The notes under the pieces were generated by a model, which had not been told where the DNA came from, searched no databases, and worked only from the letters and a program-made list of their open reading frames with translations. Both the position numbers and the translations under genes were made by a program. Shown here one piece after another: positions 13,356 to 26,598 of a DNA stretch of 64,000 nt. Numbering within the stretch: the first letter of the stretch is position 1; each line of letters opens with the position of its first letter. The DNA is taken from positions 48,858,001 to 48,922,000 of the forward strand of contig NC_058368.1 of NCBI RefSeq assembly GCF_018350175.1, in the 5' to 3' direction. The stretch comes from Felis catus. Its lineage: Eukaryota.

Positions 13356-16300
13356 ATGGACTTTAAAAGAACGAAAGCCCATGAATTTCCAGAAAAAAAT
13401 ACAGGATTATTGTTATTTTACTAGGACTGAAGCTTTTGGTAAAAGTATCATCTATAAGCGTCTATACAAGTCCTGTAAGTTTCTCAGAGCCCTTGAAAAG
13501 TTCCAGGTCTGCCTATGATCTTGCAGTGGGTGGACTCACCCTTGATGCCCTCGGGCCATCCAGCTGCCCTGTGCCTTTTAGTCCCACAGTGAGGCTGAAT
13601 GCCAGGTGCAAAGTCTGGGGTGGGCAAATCCTTAAAACAGACTCAGAAACAAACTGTCTTAGAAGGACAAGTGAGAGTGTTGTTATTCCAAATGTAACCT
13701 TCAGGCACTGTTGAATAAGACCCGAGATGATTCCTGTAGAACACAGGACTCCCAGAGGGTGAGTAAATTGGCCCACCCTATTAAGGTGATCCCTTTGAGA
13801 GAGTGAGAGCTTCATCCTCACCTTCGAGGCGAATGAACGAGCCCACAATCTTTCTTCTCCATTTATGGAACAGGAGTGTCAGAGGCCAAGGCTCTGCCTC
13901 TTTTGGCTGTGCTCAAGTTGCTTCTGATTCATCCTTCCCTGACAAGGAGAGAGAGCGGTCCCATGGCTGCAAGCCTGGTAGGTATTGGCGGCTCTCGAGG
14001 CCAGGGGAGTGCCTTTGAATGAGAATATTATTGAAGGGAGAACATGTGGAAGGAGGCTCTGCCCTGCACCTTTTTCTTGGCTCTCAAACATTCTATCCCA
14101 TGAGAGGTATAGGCTTCATAGTGAGTGTAGCCATTGTCATAGAATTAGGATACTTCCACTCCAACAACTCAAACCCTTCTTGAACGTAAAAATATGTTTG
14201 TTTTCACCCACTGTGAATAAGACCTTTTAGGTAAGCAAGAACTCCCTGAAATGCAAAGTCATATATTCATTCCATCGTCATGGTATGAGATCAGGGGTTT
14301 ATGAAAATTCCTCTCAACTCATCAAATTTCTCTATCTTTGGAGGATGACAAGTTACTGCATATATCAGTCTTCATGGGGTTCATGGTTTTTCTTGTGGAC
14401 ATGTGAAATCCCTTGGCACACTTTTGTAAGATCATATGCGTGAAGCCGGCTCTACCTGGTGTTTTTCACACCATGGAGAATTTGGCTTTTTGTTAACTGC
14501 ATCTACTGTCTTAAAGCTCTTTGTAGACTCTTTTCTAAGTGATATTAATAGTCATGGTAGTCCTTTATTAATAATGTATAATAACAATAGCTCTCATTAA
14601 AAAAACACCAGTTAAGTGATAAGAGAAAGGGTTAGATTGTGATTAGGAAATGGGTCTGTGGACATCAATACTACTAAAGTCATTTATTCTTTCCCTCATA
14701 AAGCAGAAACAAATATAATGACTAAGATCTTCGCGAAATCCTGTCACAGTCACAAAATTGCAGGCTGGTGCTTTCATTTGTGGGAGTTTCCTTGGTGGTG
14801 TTGTGTGATGGGGCATCCCCAGGAGAAAAAAAACAAAGGATTATTTGCATGATGTCCCTGAGTTCCCTGTGGACTTCCTTCATTCCTCCCAGGCGGGAGT
14901 CCCATCAGTAGCAAAAATGTGAGCAGAGATGCTGGGCTCTTGTCCTGATTTTATTATGTAATGCCGTGTGCCTAAATGCCAGCATCCCTGGCTCCATTTT
15001 TCTTATCTGTGAGATGGGAAGGATTATATCTATCTATCAGAAATTTCATTTCGTTTGCAAGGTAAAAAAAACTGCACTCAGTGATGCTTTCTAAAGTGCT
15101 CTGAAAGATCACACCTCTGCTTCTGGCTGGTCTCCCACCTTATGGCCCCCACACCATTTCAGATCCCCAGAGTGCTTAAGCTGCATTCAGTGCACATACC
15201 TGCTCAGCGCCTCCCAGACCTCTACTCCCTGTCCTTCTTTCTACCTTCCCAAGGATAAGTCAATCAAGATAAATGTTCTTAACGAATACATCACAAGCTG
15301 TTGAGTGTTGTTAAAGGGTCATGTTACTTCTTCCTTTCTCTCTTCTTTCCTTTCTTTTCCTTCTTCCCTTCCTTCTAAGTGGGTGTATCACACCAAAATG
15401 CATGTGAGGTTAAGAGACACAGCATAAAGTACAGATATGTTAAAACTATAAAATAAAACAAGCTAAGAAGCCATTATTTGAATAATGTAAGATGGATGGA
15501 GGAGAAATTATTCAAGAAAATCCAAGCTAGGGAAGCTCCTGAAATTTCATGATGAAGTTTAATATTGAGCTTCCAGGCAGACAAGGCAAAGAGGAAAACA
15601 GAAAAAAAAAAAAATTTAAGGGAGACAAATTTTCCAACTCCTAATTCTTAGAAAAATGATCATCTGCAAATTCCTAGGTGCCTAAATAAGAAAGTGGATA
15701 ATGTCTTCAATTCAGGCTTTTGTTGTTATTGTTGTTAAAGCAGAGGTAGTCCACATACTCTTTTGTTAACAAAAATATTAACCGCTGATGAAATACAAGC
15801 TGACTTCATTCATACAGAGACTCCTGGGGCATTTGCATTTTTAGAGTAGGCTCTGATTTTATTTAACTCTGAAGTTACTTACAAAATCAACATCTGTGGT
15901 GTTAGACATGGAAGCTGGTTTTGTAAGTGGGAATCTCTACCGTAATAATCGCTTTCTGCACTCACTCTGGCTTTGCATTGTATGTTTTCCCCATAGTGTT
16001 GGATTCAGGGTGCCTGTGAGAGTTTTATGTCCATGTCTGGTTTTTGGAATGGGGACTCAGAAATGGAGATAGAGCCTTGGAGAAAATGGCCCAGAAATCA
16101 TTTACACCAAGCTGTAGCTATCATTTTCACTTCCCTTGGAAGGAGAACTCCTTGGAATTATTTCACATATAACCTCTCAAAAATATTTTAAAGTAAGCTT
16201 CATTAATCATTACTTGGCCATTTCCTAGGCCTTGTCCCCAAAGGTCTGGTGAGCTTTAAATCCCTAGTGACACCTGCTGGGCAGACCTCCGCTCACTGTG

Positions 16301-17039
16301 GCGGGCTTTCCATCAGCCCGCCTCTTCTTTAACATGCAAAGCTGCAGGCCTCGGGGTAGGGGCTGGCTGCAGCCTCTTCAGCTCAAAGCCAGCCTGCTCA
16401 TTTCTCATGCAGGTGACCTCTGCCAGAAAAACTCTGCACCACAGTCTCCCCGATGGTCTCTCGGGGATTGATTTCCACCCTGCCCAGCCCCAGGAAACAA
16501 ACGGGTGATCTAGCAAAGTTGGAGGGAGAGAGACAGGGGCAGTGAGAGAGAGAAAAGACATCCAACAGCATCCGCCCCCACTCCCAGCCCCAAGTTACTC
16601 TAAGCTGCTTCTTTGTCTGAAAACTCCAAGGTGAAAGATGCTACTTGAGCCGTATGTTTTGTTCAAGCACAAACCAAATTATGCTATACTTGCTTATATC
16701 TGAACATATTGGTTTATCTTACATAGAGTTTAATTGATGCAAACTTGAACTTCAGTATGTTAGAATTTCAGAGAAAACACCATCCCTGTGATTTAGAGTG
16801 CTGTGTTTTCCCTTTGAACAAAGCAAAGAGGAGCAAGGCAATTACACCTCAGCCTCTGTTTATTTCGTCCATATTCAACAGCCATTACAAAAACAGTGTT
16901 TAGCCTCTTGTAGTATTACCTCTTATGTCCTTTACTGTCCAACTGCAAAATTTCTTTCAGAGTCAACATCTGCATCCTTGGACAGATCAACTAGTGTGTA
17001 AAGTCCATGTTAGCTGATCAAGCATGGCTTTGTTTGCAC

Positions 17040-17411
17040 TTACTCACTGCGCATCCAGCGCTGCGTAAGTGGTTTTGCATATTAACTAAGTGCACAGTAA
17101 CCTTCCTTTACCTCCTCAGAGCTCCACCCCCTCCCACCCAGCCTCCTCGGGAAATCAGCGCTGTTACTCTCCGCGGAGGAAGCTGCCAAGAGGTTGCCAT
17201 GGCAACTGTTCTGCTTTCAGCAGCTACTTTTCTGGTTTAAGGGGGGGGGGGCGGTGGAGAAAAGAAAAAAAAAAAAAAACCTGAGGAGAACTAGGCAGCT
17301 TTTTGATCAGAGTTCAGATAAAGAGGGTCACAGTAATTTGCCGGCAGCGCCTAAAATAACCCGATGGGTTAGAGAGCTCCAGCAAGAGAAGCAAACCCAC
17401 AAACTAAAAAG
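17040..17411 (+). promoter_or_regulatory. Candidate promoter and non-coding first exon of an unidentified gene
   Basis: Non-repetitive and locally CpG-enriched; perfect palindromic X-box GTTGCCATGGCAAC at 17193-17206; strong donor AAG|gtaagg with GT at 17412-17413. Confidence 0.55.
17193..17206. promoter_or_regulatory. RFX X-box motif
   Basis: Exact 14-bp palindrome GTTGCCATGGCAAC, the canonical RFX site. Confidence 0.8.
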
Positions 17412-18519
17412 GTAAGGGCAGTGGAAGGGCAATAATGAAATTATTTGGTAGTGGTCTTAGGCTGAAGCATTTCAAATTGGTATCAGTCCATCTCATCTAG
17501 GATGCTGTTTTATGAATCTTTTCATTTTTGTCCAGAGTCAAACAAAGATGATGAGTTTTATGAGATTATAAACAGCGAGGGGGTAAAACAGCACCAGAAT
17601 GGGAATCTCACATCTGAAAGTCATTTTCTAGAACTTCATTCAGCATAGGAACAATGCAGCATTCAGCATAATGAGCTGAAAGTGCTCAGTGCGCCAGGTC
17701 AAGTCGGCAACCTCTGAGCTCCTCTCCAAGAGAGGTTTGCCAAGGTAGGCCACAGAACAGTCTCCTTTCAAAGGAAGGGCTGGGCTTCAGCAGGGAAAAT
17801 TGCAACAAGTCCAAATATGGAAAGCTGGGCAAGCCAGACTGGTTGGTGGGTTCCCGGGACATGCAGAGAGCTGTGTTAAAAGCTCCAGACACCTGATTCC
17901 TGGGATTTCGGCAGCTGTCCATGAAAGAGCTGAGCAGTTGGGTGATTCCTGGCAGAAGGCCTGCAGGTCTTGGGCAGGGCCAGGTGGTGAGGGTGGCATG
18001 GGCCTGGGCAGCCTGTGCCTCATCTTCCCTGCCTCTGTTCTGCTCATCACCCCGGTGCACGCCTGCTCCCCGCCTGCCAGGGAGCTTCCCAGGGCTTCTC
18101 TGCAGTCCACCTCCTCCTGCATTATTTATTCACCAGTGATGAAAACCTACTGCCCTAACCTTCCTCACACAAGCTGCTATTTTCTGAATCTGTATAGTTT
18201 TGTTCAGAACCCAGTAACAGCACAACACCCGGATAAATTTAAAAGAATTGTAAGGTATGCAAAACAAATCCAGAGAGACCAAATGGAGAAAGTAACATGT
18301 AGTGTCATTCTGGTGACCTTGTCATTAACGTTTGATGACAAGAATGAATATTCGTAGTGGAGTAGCGAGGCAAGCACTAAGATCTCAGAGGTTAACACCT
18401 CTTTAAGGACATATAATGGTAGTGCAGCAAGGAGTCCTGAGTTCGGAGCAAAGACACAAGCTCTTTGCATGCAACAGCTTGTTTCTGACCTGAAATATAG
18501 CCATTTCTGCCTAACCCCA

Positions 18520-18874
18520 TGATATGGTCTGAATTTTTGCATCCCCCCCCCGCCTCCCCACTCATATGTTGAAATCCTGACCCCCAAAGATGATGATATT
18601 AGCAGGTGGGGTCTTTGGGAGGGAATTAAGTCATGAGGGTGGAGCCCTAATAATTAGGATTAGTGCCCTTATAAAAGATACCCTACAGAGCTCCCTAGCT
18701 CCTTCCACCATGTGAGGGTACAAGAAGAAATCTGTACCTGAACAGGATGCTCACCTCGCCCTGGTCTCAGACTTCTAGCCTTCCAGAAGTGTGCAAAATA
18801 AATTTTTGTTGTTTATAAGCCACTCAGTGTGTGGCATTTTGTTATAGGAGCCAAAAGAGACTAAGGCTAAGACA
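18520..18874 (+). mobile_element. MaLR solo LTR (MLT1A/B-like)
   Basis: TG...CA termini, 5-bp TSD cccca at 18515-18519 and 18875-18879; catatgttgaaatcctgacccc and aataaatttttgttgtttataagccac motifs. Confidence 0.92.
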
Positions 18875-19929
18875 CCCCATATTGTGGCAGAGATAATAGG
18901 TTGATTGTCAACTTTCTTTAGACTTTTGCCATATATATATATGCCATATATATAATATAATATAATATTATATGCCTGACAAGTAGAGGCATTTTGAAAT
19001 AGGAAGAGGTGAAAAGGGAAGGGAATAAAATATAAACAGCGGAAACAAGAAATGACTAAAGCCAATTTCTCTAAAGCAGGATTCAAAATTTTACATGGTT
19101 TATATCCTGAATGATCTTTGCAGATGACAAGAAAGTGCCACTGAAGTGGGAAGGCATAAAATAACATAAGGCCGAAGGCCCTAAGCATTTTATTTAAGCA
19201 AAGTTGTGCAAAGTGCTAGAAGGCACGCTAGCAGGGGAACAGAGACATGAGCTGGCCCTCTCCACTGGAGCTCTCTTAAGTTAAAGCAAAGTGCTAAGAG
19301 TGAAAAAGGAGTCGGCTCTCCTGAGTATCATTGATGTAGCTGGAGGCCCTATATTATGTAACAGTAACAGGATAGAGAATGACAGTTCCTCACAGACTAC
19401 AGTAAATGTGATTAAATTATCTCATCAGCTTTATACTCCTGAGTATTTGTACAATGCCAGAAAACCATCCGTTCATCTGACCTGTCTGCTAGACCCTTAG
19501 CACAGGCTAGAGGTGTTAGTGTTCACAGAAATCCGTCCCTCAGATGGCTGATTGGAGGGACACCAAGTCTGATCCATGCAGCAACTGAGTCCAAGAATGA
19601 GGCATGGAGAAATAATACGGGGGTGGTGGAGGGTGGAATAAAAGCAAAGAGAAAATTCAGAAATTTGTTTTAACTCTGCAACAGCTTCTATTCCATTCCT
19701 TTTTCACTGACCTGATCTAATTCAAGCAGCGATTATCCCTGTGAAACACTGCCACAGCTGAATTTATTTTTATTTTGCCTGCTCAAAGGCAATGTAAAGA
19801 GAATTTGAGAGCACATCACCTTCAGGGAAAAGACTGCAGAGCATTACTCACCACCTTCCTCCTCCCCTCTGCATGAAAAGGTTAATTTGAATAAGGCTGC
19901 TGCTTCCACAAATAGAACTGTAACCAGCA

Positions 19930-20045
19930 CAAAGCGGAACCGCCAATGAGAATGTTTTTCAGTGACGTCATACTCATACCTGCTCCTTATTATTTGCTGA
20001 GTTGTGACAATGTGTTCCTTGAATCTCACGTTTTATTGGTTAAGA
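19930..20045. promoter_or_regulatory. Candidate enhancer (CCAAT plus full CRE)
   Basis: CCAAT at 19943-19947, TGACGTCA at 19963-19970 and an ATTGG near 20035, in unique sequence. Confidence 0.3.
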
Positions 20046-21479
20046 GCCCTGTCATTCTGAGTGCTTCTGGAGAGTTTTAGACACTGCAGTTTCTTTACAA
20101 GCCCAGAATTTTTCAGCCTCTGCAGTTCAACAAACTGTTGGAGAATATAGAGTATTTTAAACACTGTTATCCTGAAAATGAATAATAATTTTAAAAAGCC
20201 TGTGATAATTTATAACTGACCTACATGTCCTTTGATATTTGGGTCCATTTGCAGTGTAACAGCAGCATAAGAAAAGTCTGACTTTTGTTAAAAAAAACAA
20301 AAACAAAAACAAAAACCACCACCTGAGCAGAACTTTTGTTAAAGTGTTCATACAAAGATCAGGCTAAGCTTAATATTCGCATCAATAGTGTAATGGAAAA
20401 CAAAATTATTCCATTTATTCTACAACAACTTATTGCCCCATTGAGCAGAACTTTCTTAAGAAGAACTGGCTCCAAAATGTACCAGTTTGTAAGACAGAAG
20501 GCATTAGAGGAAAGAAAAGCTACCTAGTTTATTTTTGTGCTAAGTGAGTTTTATGTTTTAAATTAGGTTTTCATGTCATTAAAATGTGCGCCTCAGATCT
20601 CCCAGATTCCAGAGCTTTCCTGAGGAAACTCCTACAAACAGATTTGAAAACTATCCTACCTTATTGGAAGATGACAGATAAATCAGTTGTGTGTGAGTTA
20701 GGAATTTTTCAACCAACTGAAGAATTCTCAGAGACAGTGTGGTCAGCAGGAGATACAAGTGTGGTTGGGAGGCCAGAACTAAATGTTGGTGTTCTAATCG
20801 AAGGTGGCAAGTGGGCAAAGCCAGGTCCTCTGAGACTTGGAGAACAGAATCAAGCCATCCATGCTCAGTTGGTGAAGCCGAGTGTGTAGATGGAGAGAAA
20901 CAGCCAGGTTTTAACAAGCAGTGAGAGGCTCGAAAGGGTTCTTATGTGGGTGAATGGGATGAAAAAGGATGGGTATGTATGGAACAGACCTCTTTGAGGG
21001 ACACATGTCTTGCGAGGTAATTTTAGAAAAGCAGGTGCACAAATTAGCAAAGACGATGTAAATTGGGAAGAAGTAGAAAGTACCAAATATTTTGAACATC
21101 CGTATCCCAAATTCAGTAGCTAATACGAAGTATTTTTGAAATGCAAATGTCTTCGCAGCTGTGTGGCGTGGCTTATTGTCCGCTCAGTTTGATGAGGGGT
21201 TAACTAGATGTTGTAAAAATTTGATTATTTTATACCTTAAATTCTTATATGAAATTGTTGTGAAACTTCGAACATTCAGTGACAATCTTATTGTGTCAAG
21301 AACATGAAAATATGACCTAAAATAACATTTGATTGTGGTGAAGACTGGAGAATAAAATTCTATCCTTGTATTAAAAGGACCTAGAGCCGTATCAATATAC
21401 GTGAACTTCAACAATATCTCCACCAATAAACTGCATGTAAATTTTGATTCCAGAGATCTATCGTAACATTATGATAAGT

Positions 21480-21710
21480 ATAATAGCCTCTGATGTCGGA
21501 CAGACCTGGGTTCAAACCCCAGCTCCAACAATTAGTAGCTGTGCAACCTTGGTCATTAATCTAAGGTTGATTAATGGTCATTAATCTAGGTTCATTTATC
21601 TAAGTCTCAGTCTTCTTGAGGGATAATGATGATAGCCACGTACAGGATTATTGTGAGGATTAGCCTGAGTAATGTATATATTTTATTAGTATAGTGCCTG
21701 TTTCAGTAAA
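21480..21710 (+). mobile_element. MIR SINE
   Basis: acagacctgggttcaaaccccagctcc...tagctgtgcaaccttgg...ttgtgaggatt. Confidence 0.75.
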
Positions 21711-21739
21711 TTAAAGATTTGTTTGTTTATTGTGTTAAC

Positions 21740-22222
21740 TTTAAGGTGACTCTCAAGGTCCTTCGAAGACCTACGTGGTCCGGCACCAGGCTGGCCATTT
21801 CCTTTCACTCTTCCTCATTCTCCCTCTGCTCCTACAGTGTTGACCTTGCTACTTCCCAGATATGCCTAATGGGCTTCTGCCCCCAAAGCCTTTGCCTTTG
21901 CAGGCTCTCTTTCCTGGAACTCTTCTCCTCCCATGTCTAACCTCTTGACTCAGATCTCATATTAGGTATCACCTCCCAGGAGAAATCTGACTTAATACCA
22001 TATCGAAAATGGCATCTCTATGGCTCTTTCCTAGGACACCAAACTGTTTCTCCATTGCTATGTATCACTACTGGATGCTACTTAATGATTGTATTTTTTA
22101 TTTTTTCATTATCTCACTTGAATGTCAGGTCCATGTGAACAGTGGCTTTGTTCCCCTCTGTGCCCTGGAGCCTAGAACAGTGCCTGGACATAGCAGGTTC
22201 GCAGAACTCTTTGTTAATGAAC
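21740..22222 (+). mobile_element. L2 3' end
   Basis: Ends with gcctagaacagtgcctggacatagcagg...ttgttaatgaa, the L2 terminus. Confidence 0.65.
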
Positions 22223-23435
22223 AATGATAATGATGAAAACAGCACAGGGAACCATAAGTTCTTCAGGACACTGCCATCACAGGAATATGACTGTTCTGAC
22301 CAGAGAGGGGATCTGAACACCACTGCCTCGTACCACAATCTAAGATGTATACAAACTTTTCCTACTGAGCCAAGAAGCATTTCAATTTTCCTATCACATA
22401 TAAAAGATCAAATTATAAGACAATGAGAATATATAGTCCCCGTGTTCTTTATGCAAAGGATGCCAATGCTCATTAGGGTAGATGAGGTTGAGAGGAATCT
22501 GGTACAAATCACTGGACCAATGGTCTAGAAGAGATTGAGGGCAAATCCCAGGTGGAGGGTTTTAGCTGGTGCAGTTTTTCTGAGGTCTATCATTGTTTTT
22601 CCCCTACAGACTCCTACAAACCTACTTGTGTTGGCTCTGATTCTCATGAATTGTTGGGTACAATCTTGGGACTTTGGATCAATAGTAATTAGAGAGCAGA
22701 ATAGTAAATTCAGGACAGTGTTCAAGACATTACACACCCACGCACACATTAATACACATATGTATTCAATGAACCAACTGAACATTCAGAAAATATTTTA
22801 AGATCTTTCTGTTATGTCCCCTTCTCAGGCAATCATGATGATAAAATAGACTCCCTTTTGGATTTCTATATTCCTGGTAGCTGAAGGACATTATGAGACA
22901 GCATAGAGCTTATGCAAGCATTAGCCCTGCTGACATTCCAAATGAGCAGATCAAATGCTACCTAATCATTCGGTTACAGCTTGGATTTGGGAGTCTTTTA
23001 TAAAGTACTGAATTTGAAGGAGCATCTGCCTTTTACATCTTGGCTATGTCAACACCTGTTGCTGTTTCTTCTAGAAACTTCTTAACATAATAAAAGTAAT
23101 ATGGAATAAAATATTGCTAACCAGAATGCTTTTTGAAAGATTATAGATTATAAAAATTATAGATTATAGAAAATTGCCTGTCTTCTCTGACACCTTCTTC
23201 TCTACTACTCTCAATTTAATTTTCCTACATTAGGTTTTTCTTTAATCTGGAGATTTCATGAAAGTGCAGATTATTTCAGAATGTCCTGAGTGGGGCATAA
23301 TGCCAAATGCCAAATGTCTCTTTGGCATTTCCTGGGTGAATCTATGGGCTGGTCTTGGACCATGCCTGATAGCACAGGTTTAGATGATATAATGCTATGT
23401 GTTTGGTTCTGGGCTTCCAAATTAGCATAACAATT

Positions 23436-23437
23436 TT

Positions 23438-23491
<54 letters not shown>

Positions 23492-23688
23492 TTTTTTTAT
23501 TTTTGAGACAGGGAGAGACAGAGCATGAACAGGGGAGGGTCAGAGAGAGGGAGACCCAGAATCTGAAACAGTCTCCAGGCTCTGAGCTGTCAGCACAGAG
23601 CCCGACGCGGGGTTCGAACTCACGGACCACGAGATGATGACCTGAGCCGAGGTCGGCCGCTTAACCGACTGAGCCACCCAGGCGCCCC
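23436..23688 (-). mobile_element. Young Can-SINE with (TTTA)n tail
   Basis: CpG-rich body; flanked by tagcataa(a)caatt on both sides. Confidence 0.97.
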
Positions 23689-24049
23689 TAGCATAAACAA
23701 TTCTAATGAAGTAGCCCACTCTTCTCCCTCACATACATTCTATCATGTCTGGGTTCAGAGATTTTATTCGGAGGTATATTCACATCCAATTGGTACCCAA
23801 TTGGACTGGTACCCAGTCTCTCTAAGAACTGTTTCTCTCTCCACCTGCACTGGGCTGGCTCGCTGGGTCCTTCCTCATCTTTCTCCCTCAAAAATCCAAT
23901 AACCTCTAATTTATCTCCCAATCCCCAGACTTAGCTCCCTCTAGCCCATCATTTTATATTCTGTCACCATACTTTTCCTTTCAAAAATTTTTTTTGATGA
24001 AGTTACTTCCTTGATTGAAGACCCCTGCTGGTTCCCCTTGCTTAAAATA

Positions 24050-24250
24050 GAGGTTGGCATGGGCTCTCGTCATCTGACAACCTGGGCTGGAATCCAAGTT
24101 CCTTCAATTTCTTTTTATGTAACTTTGGGCAACTTGCTTAACTTCTGAGAGCCAAACTTTCCTCATCTGCACAACAGAGATAATACTACTTATCAGCAAA
24201 GGTGTAGATAAAGCACCTGGTACGATGCCAGCCATAATAAATGTTTAATA
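24050..24250 (+). mobile_element. MIR SINE
   Basis: gtaactttgggcaacttgcttaacttctgag...tttcctcatctg. Confidence 0.65.
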
Positions 24251-24789
24251 ACTTAATTACTTTTTTCTCCCTTTTCCTTCCAGTCTGCCCAATTCTGGCT
24301 TCTCCAACCTCTTATATGGAAACTCTTGAACCTTATTCTTCCTGTCTTCCCTCCCTAAAGCCACACATGGACATCTAGCCTCACTGGACATCTCATTTCC
24401 TGATACATCTGCTGAAAGATCCTTCTTGTTCTCCTCCACCAGGCAAATTCCCTTGGTCTTTCAGGGCACAAATCCTCTGCTTTCTTCCCTAAAAGACCAA
24501 GCCACACTTGGACAGAATTTGCCACTCCCTTCTTGTCTTCCTACAGCGCTGTGATCATACCTCTTTCATAATACACTTGCTGTGATGTGCTGCTACAATT
24601 TGTACCATGGCTCAGGACTGTCTTATTTCCTGATCCTTTGTGACCAGAGCATTTGTTGAATAAAGGAATAGAATCCATGTGGTAAGTAGCTTAAAGAAAT
24701 GGATGCTTGAATATTATATTCTAGAAACTATATATAGAGAAAAATTATTCAGAAAGTTTTCCTAGACCAAAATAATAGCTTAGAGTAAT

Positions 24790-25030
24790 AATCCCCATTT
24801 TCTGATACATTTTACTATTTTCAAGGCCCTGTTTTAGATGCTTTACATACACTCTCTCATTAGATTCCCTTGACGATCCTTTGTTGTAGGTGCTGTATCA
24901 CCCATTTCACAGATGGAGAAAATGACATTCAGTAAAGTTAAACTGTCTCTCATGGTTACACAATTCATAACTGTTAGAGTAGCAATTTGAACCTGTGTCT
25001 TTCTGACTCCAAAGTTCATTTTCTATATAG
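24790..25030 (-). mobile_element. MIR SINE
   Basis: cccatttcacagatggagaaa...atttgaacctgtgtctttctgactccaaag. Confidence 0.7.
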
Positions 25031-25329
25031 TACTATCTCACGCAATCTGCTGCCATAGCCTGGTTTCAACTTCTTATATAGATTAAAAGAACAGCTAGAG
25101 ATCTTTTTTGGAGAAGAATGTGTGATGCAGATAAAGACACTCTCTGTGAGACTCACATATTAAAGTGGTTTGCAGATAGTAGTTATTAGGTAGATAAAAC
25201 ATATCTCAGAACTCTCAAATCCTAAAATCTGGATACCATGTAAATCCTTTCCATTTTACTTATTATTTGTTTGGAAGAAGCCATTACGTCATGTTGTTCC
25301 TGAGGGAAGACTACTTTAATGATGCTTTT

Positions 25330-25530
25330 TTTAAAAGTTTATTTTAATTTATTTTTTAAAGAGAGATAGAGCTAGTGGGGGAGAGCTAGAGAAAGAGGGA
25401 GACAGAATCCCAAGCAGGCGTCAAGCTGTCAGCGCAGAGCCCAATGTGGGGCTTGAACTCAAAAACCATGAGATCATGACCTGAGCCAAAAACAATAGAC
25501 GCTCAACTGACTAAGCCACTCAGCCGCCTT
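25330..25530 (-). mobile_element. Can-SINE
   Basis: Body plus TSD tttaatgatgctttt at 25315-25329 and 25532-25546. Confidence 0.93.
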
Positions 25531-25974
25531 ATTTAATGATGCTTTTCTGACTTTCAGAGATATTTTTCATCTTCACCACACAGTATTTTCATGAGCAGTC
25601 CTTACACAGATAATTTCCTTAACTAAGTCATGTCGAAGAGTTCATTCCCCAGCCTGTTGTCTCAAAGAAATCAAGCTAAAAACTAAGGCAAATCATGGAA
25701 AGTACTGTGTGTTATCTGGCCCTGGCAACTGCTATTTGTAACAGACCCTCCAGGTATTTCCAGTGGGGGAAATCTTGTCTACAAGAGCCTACTTAAAAGG
25801 AATAATCATAAAGATAATTGCATCTGCAATTAATGACGAATTTCTAACTTGATGAGCAATTGTGATCCCAAATATGTTCAAAGCCTCTTGGGGAAGCAAC
25901 TACAAACTATTAGAAAAGTTCTCGTGGTGTCGGGCGGGGGGTGGAGGGGCTCTAGGATTATACAGTGAAACATT

Positions 25975-26037
25975 CTCTATCTATCATCTATCTATCTATC
26001 TACCTATTTATCTATCATGTATCTACCTATCATCTAT
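25975..26037. repeat. Imperfect (TCTA)n microsatellite
   Basis: tctatctatcatctatctatctatctacc... Confidence 0.85.
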
Positions 26038-26181
26038 TTTCCTGACCTCTTGGAAACCCTCTCAAATCCAGAGTCCATAGAGTCTATAATGTTTCTGAAT
26101 CTGTTGAACGTATCTAGAGGTGGAATACACCAGAATATTTGGAAACAAGAAATTGATACCTAGGAATATCTAATGCTGAGA

Positions 26182-26370
26182 CAGGGTTTCCCAAAGTGTA
26201 TTCTCTAGAATATTAGTTCTATGGACTATTAAGAGATATCAGGTGAGAAAATAAAATGTTTTAAGGCCAAATTTACAGAGAAACACTGAGTCTAAAAATA
26301 GCCAACAGGTTTCTTTGCTGCTGGACTTCTCAGAATCTTTAATATGTCAATGTGTGTTATATCTCTCTTG
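26182..26370. mobile_element. hAT-Charlie-type DNA transposon relic (MER103-like)
   Basis: cagggtttcccaaagtgt start and ggacttctcagaatctttaatatg motif. Confidence 0.5.
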
Positions 26371-26598
26371 GGATAATGTAGTTTCTGTCTTTGCAGTTTG
26401 TTTTGTTCAGGTCAGGGTATCTCAAAAATAGTGATCAGCAGAACAAACCCTGTGGAGCTGTTGGTAAGTGCTTTTCCCCCCTGGTTTTGGACATATTTTG
26501 TCTGGCTATGGGCTAACATCCTACTCACTGGTGTGGCACTATCGTAGCAACTCTGTGAAGACATGATGTCTAGAGAGTAGTTAGAAAGTAGTCCTACA

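Noticed and set aside
16301..16321. 7-bp inverted repeat gcgggct-ttccatc-agcccgc
   Set aside because: Too short to distinguish from chance; intrinsic terminator logic does not apply to mammalian DNA.
17800..18357. 185-aa ORF and overlapping 111-124 aa antisense ORFs
   Set aside because: Starts at TTG, has no recognisable domain and lies in a GC-rich patch where several frames are open; it is also just inside the putative intron.
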